Shown in pieces: positions 58,738-64,000 of a stretch of 64,000 bases of DNA. The notes under the pieces were generated by a model that made no database searches, was not told the origin of the DNA, and saw nothing but the letters and a program-made list of their open reading frames with translations. This DNA is from a virus. Positions within the stretch are counted from its first letter, which is position 1. Each line of letters opens with the position of its first letter. A program made the translations under genes and the position numbers. The stretch is taken from positions 96,001 to 160,000 of IMG/VR virus record IMGVR_UViG_3300011113_000664. One strand, given 5' to 3'.

Positions 58738-59828
58738 TGATACCAATTTATAAACCATATCTTACAAAGGAGAATCTAAAATATGCACACGAAGCAATAG
58801 ATTCGGGTTGGATTTCATCTCAAGGTGAATATTTAGATTTTTGTAAAAATGAAATTAAAAATATAATTGGCTCAAATAAAATTATTTTAACAAACAATGG
58901 TACTACTGCTACACATTTATTAGCAATAGCATTAAAATATAAATATCCACACATAAATAAAATTATTGTACCAAATAATGTTTATGTAGCTGCATGGAAT
59001 TCATTTTTATTTGATAAAAATTATGAGTTAATACCAATTGATGCTGATTTAGATACTTGGAATTTTAATGTTAATGAAATAGAGGACAAAGTAGATGAGA
59101 ATACAGCTATATTAGTTGTACACAATATTGGTAATGTAGTAAATGTTCCTGAACTTAAAAGACGTTTTCCAAATACGGTTATTATTGAAGATAATTGTGA
59201 AGGATTTTTCGGTAAATATGAGGATAAATATACAGGTACAGAGTCATTTGTATCTTCTGCATCATTTTTTGCTAATAAAACAATTACATCAGGAGAAGGT
59301 GGATTATTTATGACAAATGATGAAGAAGTATTTGATTACATTAACACTGTTAAAAATCAAGGACAATCTCAAGAAAAGTTTGTACATAATATTCTTGGAT
59401 ATAATTATAGAATGACAAACATTCAAGCTGCTATTCTATATGGACAATTATTAAATACAAAAGAAATAGTTGAAAAAAAGAAAATTGTATTTAATGAATA
59501 CAAGAAAAATCTTAAAGATGTTGAATGTATTTCTTTTCAAAAAGAAGAAGAGAATACTAAACATTCAATGTGGATGTTTGGTATAAGAATTAATAATTTT
59601 AATATTAATAAAAAGAAAGATTTAGAATTACATCTTTATAAATCAGGTATTGAGACAAGACCAATGTTTTATGATATAAAAAAACATGATTATTTAAAAA
59701 ATATTAATACTGAAACTAAAAATGCTGAATTATTACAAACACAGTGTGTGATATTACCATCATTTCCAAATCTAACAAAAAGTCAAATAAATTTTATTTG
59801 TGACAAAATAATAAAAATAGTAAAATGA
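58737..59828 (+). CDS. DegT/DnrJ/EryC1/StrS aminotransferase (perosamine synthase-like)
   Basis: SGWISSQG, NNGTTA, IIEDNCE, SFFANKTITSGEGG (PLP Lys), GYNYRMTNIQAA, IETRPMF, LPSFP. Confidence 0.93.
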   Translation: MIPIYKPYLTKENLKYAHEAIDSGWISSQGEYLDFCKNEIKNIIGSNKIILTNNGTTATHLLAIALKYKYPHINKIIVPNNVYVAAWNSFLFDKNYELIPIDADLDTWNFNVNEIEDKVDENTAILVVHNIGNVVNVPELKRRFPNTVIIEDNCEGFFGKYEDKYTGTESFVSSASFFANKTITSGEGGLFMTNDEEVFDYINTVKNQGQSQEKFVHNILGYNYRMTNIQAAILYGQLLNTKEIVEKKKIVFNEYKKNLKDVECISFQKEEENTKHSMWMFGIRINNFNINKKKDLELHLYKSGIETRPMFYDIKKHDYLKNINTETKNAELLQTQCVILPSFPNLTKSQINFICDKIIKIVK

Positions 59829-60730
59829 AGAAAATATTATTTGTTAATCATACACAACAAAGATGTGGTGTGTATCAATATGGTAATAGATTATTTAATA
59901 TTTTAAAAAAATCTAAAAATTATGAATTTATACTAATTGAATCAGACAATGCTTCTGATTTTTTTAAAATTTACAATGATATTAAACCTGATGGTGTTGT
60001 TTTTAATTATCATGGTATAACTTTAAAATGGGTAGACAATGAAGTTTTAAGTAATATTACTGTGAAAAAATATAAAGTTGACCATGAATCACCAGGAAAT
60101 TTACCATTTGATTATATTATTGAGCATGAAATTATATCAAATAAACTTGGTATTGAAAGACCAATATTTGAAGATGTTCAATTGGAATATAAAAAAAATG
60201 ATATACTTACATTTGGAAGTTTTGGTTTTGGTTTTAAATATAAAGGATTTGAAAATGTATGTGCTACAATAAATAATTTGTACGATGAGGCAATTATTCG
60301 TTTAAATATAACATTCCCATTTTATAGTGACCCAAATGGACATATTTCATATGAAATTTCACAAAGTTGTCGTTCTGTTATTACAAAACCAAATATAAAT
60401 TTAATAATAACACATGATTTTTTAAGTGAATTAGATATTTTAAATTTTATGTCGAATAATGATATGAATTTATTTTTTTATGAAAATGCAAATGGTAGAG
60501 GTCTTTCATCCGTAATGGATTACGCTCTTAGTATTGATAGACCTGTTGCAATAACTAAGTCTCACATGTTTAGACATGTTTTTGATGCATCACCATCTAT
60601 TTTTGTTGAAGACTTAGATATTGACACCATTTTAAAAAATGGTACTGAACCAATAAAAAAATTAAGAGAAAAATTTTCAAATAAAAAATTAATAAATACA
60701 TTTGAAAATATATTAAATAATACTTTATGA
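59825..60730 (+). CDS. Putative glycosyltransferase (GT-B)
   Basis: CGVYQYG, FGSFGFGFKYKGF, GLSSVMDYALS..RPVAIT. Confidence 0.6.
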   Translation: MKKILFVNHTQQRCGVYQYGNRLFNILKKSKNYEFILIESDNASDFFKIYNDIKPDGVVFNYHGITLKWVDNEVLSNITVKKYKVDHESPGNLPFDYIIEHEIISNKLGIERPIFEDVQLEYKKNDILTFGSFGFGFKYKGFENVCATINNLYDEAIIRLNITFPFYSDPNGHISYEISQSCRSVITKPNINLIITHDFLSELDILNFMSNNDMNLFFYENANGRGLSSVMDYALSIDRPVAITKSHMFRHVFDASPSIFVEDLDIDTILKNGTEPIKKLREKFSNKKLINTFENILNNTL

Positions 60731-61581
60731 ATATTGTTAATTTTTTTAATTGCGCTCATAATGGTGATTTACATATTTCTAGAGAATATGTTAAAGATTT
60801 AATTAATATATTAAATCCTGATAAGGTATATTATCATCATTTTAATAATCCTTCATTAATGAAAGACTTAAATTGTGAATTTCTTCAATTTGTTCGTCAT
60901 CCTAATAATATATTCATACCAATTATGAATTCAGATACAGAATTGTACATAGATACTTGGATTGGTCAAAATAGAGAAGCATTAAATTTATATTCAGGAT
61001 GTAATTTCCCATCACTTTACAAAGTGATGAGACATATTTATGAAAAATTTAATATTACCCATTTAATGAAGGATATTGAATACTATATACCTTCTATTAA
61101 TTATGAAATATTTGAAATCGAAAAAGCAAAAAATTATTTTGAAAATAATAAAGATAAAAAATTTATTTTAGTATGTAATAACGATGTAAGGTCTGGTCAA
61201 GCTTCTAATTTCAATATGAATAATCTTATTGAAATGATTTGTGATAAATACACAGATTATATTATTATAGCGACAAATAATATGGGAGGTACTATTGATA
61301 GAGAAAATTTTATTTTTGCTGATGATATTATTGGTGATACATCAAGCAGTTCAAATTTAAATGAAATATCATATATAAGCACTAAAACTTCTCTAATAAT
61401 TGGTAGGTCATCAGGACCATATAGTTTTACTTTAGTAAAAGAAAATTATAAAAATAATAAATTTATTTGCTTGTGTGGTTCTTATGAATATGCTTGGTAT
61501 TCAAATACAGGTGAAGATATTACATGGAGTGATAATTATGATGAAAACAATATTATGGATTTAATTTCTAAAAAAATATGA
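60727..61581 (+). CDS. Putative GT-B glycosyltransferase (GT9-like), paralogue B
   Basis: HNGDLHISR, SGQASNF, EISYISTKTSLIIGRSSGP. Confidence 0.55.
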   Translation: MNIVNFFNCAHNGDLHISREYVKDLINILNPDKVYYHHFNNPSLMKDLNCEFLQFVRHPNNIFIPIMNSDTELYIDTWIGQNREALNLYSGCNFPSLYKVMRHIYEKFNITHLMKDIEYYIPSINYEIFEIEKAKNYFENNKDKKFILVCNNDVRSGQASNFNMNNLIEMICDKYTDYIIIATNNMGGTIDRENFIFADDIIGDTSSSSNLNEISYISTKTSLIIGRSSGPYSFTLVKENYKNNKFICLCGSYEYAWYSNTGEDITWSDNYDENNIMDLISKKI

Positions 61582-62798
61582 AAGAATTATTTACACTAGG
61601 AGAACTATATGTTTCCGATTTTTTAAAAGATGGTGAATCTCCAAGAGGAGATAAAACAGAAATGAAAATGATGTTAGAAGAAAATGGTGCTGTAAGACTT
61701 GAAAAAATAGCACCTCTTGATACCATGTATGGAAAATATTGGTATAGGTCTGGCATTAATAATACAATGAAGGTAGAATTAAAAAATATTGTTGATTCTA
61801 TAATGAGTGTTATTAAATTAAAAGAAAATGACCTTTGGATTGATATTGCATGTAATGATGGTACAATGCTTAGTCAAATACCAAATTATTTAATAAAAGT
61901 CGGTATTGACCCTGTAGATGATACATATAAAGTAGAATCTGAAAAACACGCAAATCTAATCATACAAGATTATTTTAGTTCTGATGTTTTTAAAAAATCA
62001 AAGTTTGGTAAATTAAAAGCAAAAGTTGTAACATCAATTGCAATGTTTTATGATTTAGAAGAACCAAAAAAATTCATAAATGATATTAAAGAAGTATTAG
62101 ATGATAATGGTATTTGGGTTTTACAATTATCATACACACCACTAATGATTAAACAAATGGCATTCGATAATATATGCCATGAACATGTTTATTACTATTC
62201 ACTTTTTAATATTAAAAATATATTTAAAGAATGTGGTATTGATATTGTTGATGTACAATTAAATGATATAAATGGAGGTTCTTTCAGGATTTATTGTATG
62301 AAAGAAATAGCCGATAAAACAAAATTTAGTACACAACCATACAGAGATGTATGTAATTTTAGAATAAATTCACTATTAGAATATGAAAAAACTCTAAATT
62401 TAGATAAAGAAAAAACATGGGTTGATTTTTATAATAATATAAATCAACTAAAAGAAAAAACAGTTTCTTTTATAAAAGAAGAGAAGGCTAAAGGTAAAAA
62501 AATATGGGGGTATGGTGCATCAACAAAAGGAAATACATTACTCCAATATTTTGGTCTTGACAATACATTAATTGATGGTATTGCTGAAAGAAGCATCTAT
62601 AAATTTGGATTAAAAACCGTAGGTACTGAAATACCAATTTGTTCTGAGGATGAAATGCGTAAAGCAAATCCCGATTATTTATTAGTATTACCTTGGCATT
62701 TTATTAATGAATTTATAGAAAGAGAAAATGAGTTTTTAGATAATGGCGGTAAATTTATAGTACCATGTCCAAAATTTGAAATAATTGGAAAAAAATAA
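61578..62798 (+). CDS. NDP-sugar C-methyltransferase
   Basis: YWYRSG, IDIACNDGTML, GIDP, FDNICHEHVYYYS, GGSFR, GYGASTKGNTLL, PDYLLVLPWHF, GGKFIVPCP. Confidence 0.9.
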   Translation: MKELFTLGELYVSDFLKDGESPRGDKTEMKMMLEENGAVRLEKIAPLDTMYGKYWYRSGINNTMKVELKNIVDSIMSVIKLKENDLWIDIACNDGTMLSQIPNYLIKVGIDPVDDTYKVESEKHANLIIQDYFSSDVFKKSKFGKLKAKVVTSIAMFYDLEEPKKFINDIKEVLDDNGIWVLQLSYTPLMIKQMAFDNICHEHVYYYSLFNIKNIFKECGIDIVDVQLNDINGGSFRIYCMKEIADKTKFSTQPYRDVCNFRINSLLEYEKTLNLDKEKTWVDFYNNINQLKEKTVSFIKEEKAKGKKIWGYGASTKGNTLLQYFGLDNTLIDGIAERSIYKFGLKTVGTEIPICSEDEMRKANPDYLLVLPWHFINEFIERENEFLDNGGKFIVPCPKFEIIGKK

Positions 62799-62812
62799 AT
62801 ATATTTATTGAT

Positions 62813-63481
62813 ATGGTATTTTATTCACAGGCTAATCAAGATAAATGGGTTTATAATGTACTATCACATAAAAAAAATGGATTCTATGTTGATATAGGTG
62901 CGTATGATGGTATACAGACAAGTAATACATATATTTTTGAAAAAGATTTAAATTGGAAAGGTATTTGCATTGAACCAAATGCAGATGCGTATCAAAATTT
63001 AATTAAAAATAGAACTTCAAAAAATATTATGTGCGCTTTATCTGATTATGATGGGTTTTGTAATTTTTTAGGTGATAAAATAATTGATAAAAACAATTCA
63101 AATACACCATGCTATACACTAGAAACACTTTTGACACAAAATTCAGCTCCAAAAGAAATTGATTATATATCAGTAGATGTTGAAGGGCATGAATATGATA
63201 TACTTAAAGATTTTGATTTTAATAAATGGAATGTAAAACTTATGACAATTGAACATAATTTTTACATTGAGGGTTCAATCTATAAAGATAAAATATATGA
63301 TTTAATGACAAAAAATAATTTTCTTAGAATAGTTGAGGATGCGGTTTGTTTAGATAGTAATCCTGCTTATTTTAATAAAATTTACGAGGATTGGTATATA
63401 AATAAAGAATTTTATGATTCTTTGAATAATGAAATTAAATTTAAAATATCAACTCAACCAAAAGACAAAACTTTATATTAA
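62813..63481 (+). CDS. FkbM-family methyltransferase
   Basis: YSQANQD, GFYVDIGAYDG..SNT, WKGICIEPN, IDYISVDVEGHE. Confidence 0.9.
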   Translation: MVFYSQANQDKWVYNVLSHKKNGFYVDIGAYDGIQTSNTYIFEKDLNWKGICIEPNADAYQNLIKNRTSKNIMCALSDYDGFCNFLGDKIIDKNNSNTPCYTLETLLTQNSAPKEIDYISVDVEGHEYDILKDFDFNKWNVKLMTIEHNFYIEGSIYKDKIYDLMTKNNFLRIVEDAVCLDSNPAYFNKIYEDWYINKEFYDSLNNEIKFKISTQPKDKTLY

Positions 63482-63732
63482 TGGAAACAATAGGTAATTT
63501 AATTGATAAACTTTCAGTAGTCAATATTAGAATATGGATGGCTGAAGATATTAAAAGAAATAAAGAAGCATCTGATAAAGAAATTGCAGATGCAACTAGA
63601 ATTACAAATGTTGCTAATTCACAAAGAAATGATTTAATACAGGAAATAGATGAAAAATTAAATCATATGGCAAAGACAGGTGAATTACAAAAATTATATA
63701 AACAAGGCTCAAATAAAATGTATGGAAAATAA
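63481..63732 (+). CDS. Small helical protein (DUF4254/DUF6165-like), paralogue B
   Basis: ETIGNLIDKLS..RIW.AED and NSQRNDLIQEID. Confidence 0.6.
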   Translation: METIGNLIDKLSVVNIRIWMAEDIKRNKEASDKEIADATRITNVANSQRNDLIQEIDEKLNHMAKTGELQKLYKQGSNKMYGK

Positions 63733-64000
63733 TTTAGTAATAGGCAACACATCACAACTATCATACTATTTTCCACAAAATTATACAAAAATTTCATCAA
63801 GAAGTATTGATGAAAATATTTTCAATAAAAATTGGGATTCGATATATATAACATTTGCTAAACAAAATGTTTTTGATACTACGGATTCAAATTTTGTTGA
63901 TATTAATACATATTATACACTAGATTTAATTAATAAACTCCTAGATTTATCTAATAAAATAGTTGTTTATACGAGTTGTGAAATGTTTAATAATCATTAT
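63722..64000 (+). CDS. NAD-dependent epimerase/reductase (RmlD-like?), 3' truncated
   Basis: Not in the ORF track. ATG at 63722 reads MENNLVIGNTSQLSYYFP...KIVVYTSCEMF and stays open to the window end. Resembles a degenerate Rossmann start and the SDR (Y/F)xS(S/T)xE region. Confidence 0.5.
   Translation, partial: MENNLVIGNTSQLSYYFPQNYTKISSRSIDENIFNKNWDSIYITFAKQNVFDTTDSNFVDINTYYTLDLINKLLDLSNKIVVYTSCEMFNNHY

Noticed and set aside
388-61756. Numerous 60-100 aa ORFs nested in or antisense to long genes (e.g. 388-576, 833-1045, 5502-5726, 9170-9358, 24590-24832, 42669-42962, 46824-47120)
   Set aside because: They lie fully inside well-supported CDSs, have no motifs, and have the composition expected of off-frame translations.
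1-64000. Alternative genetic code (stop-codon reassignment)
   Set aside because: Genes are full-length and densely packed under code 11, and TAA, TGA and TAG all appear as real stops.
1-64000. tRNA, rRNA, CRISPR arrays, introns or inteins (checked nrdA, nrdB, helicase, recA)
   Set aside because: Intergenic gaps are short (about 135 nt at most) with no cloverleaf or repeat-spacer pattern, and the conserved enzymes are uninterrupted and of normal length.

Overview
This 64 kb window is a very AT-rich, gene-dense segment of a large myovirus-type (probably jumbo) phage genome. The host is most likely a member of the Bacteroidota: there are TAnnTTTG -7 promoter boxes, A-rich leaders without Shine-Dalgarno sites, and an RpoD homologue lacking region 1.1. 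Virion genes (tail sheath, tube, gp6- and gp25-like baseplate, gp26-like chaperone, tape measure, a giant hub-lysozyme, a cassette of fibre-like paralogues) are interleaved with replication and nucleotide-metabolism genes (nrdA/nrdB, PhoH, primase, SSB, RecA/UvsX, 5'-3' and 3'-5' exonucleases, RuvC-like resolvase, DnaB-like helicase) and two sigma factors. The last ~15 kb is a co-oriented glycan biosynthesis and decoration cluster that runs off the window end. Main observations: (1) an apparent split tail-collar-like domain system, with four tandem N-half paralogues carrying different cargo, one C-half partner and one full-length version; (2) the large glycosylation cluster, plus a satellite GT and rmlC inside the baseplate module, suggesting virion glycosylation; (3) a probable programmed +1 frameshift at UUU-UUU-CGU in the tail chaperone gene; (4) a recurrent ACTATTTATA candidate late-promoter box, used back-to-back at divergent junctions. 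I found no tRNA, rRNA, CRISPR array, integrase, intron or intein. All family assignments come from motif recognition by eye, not from database searches.
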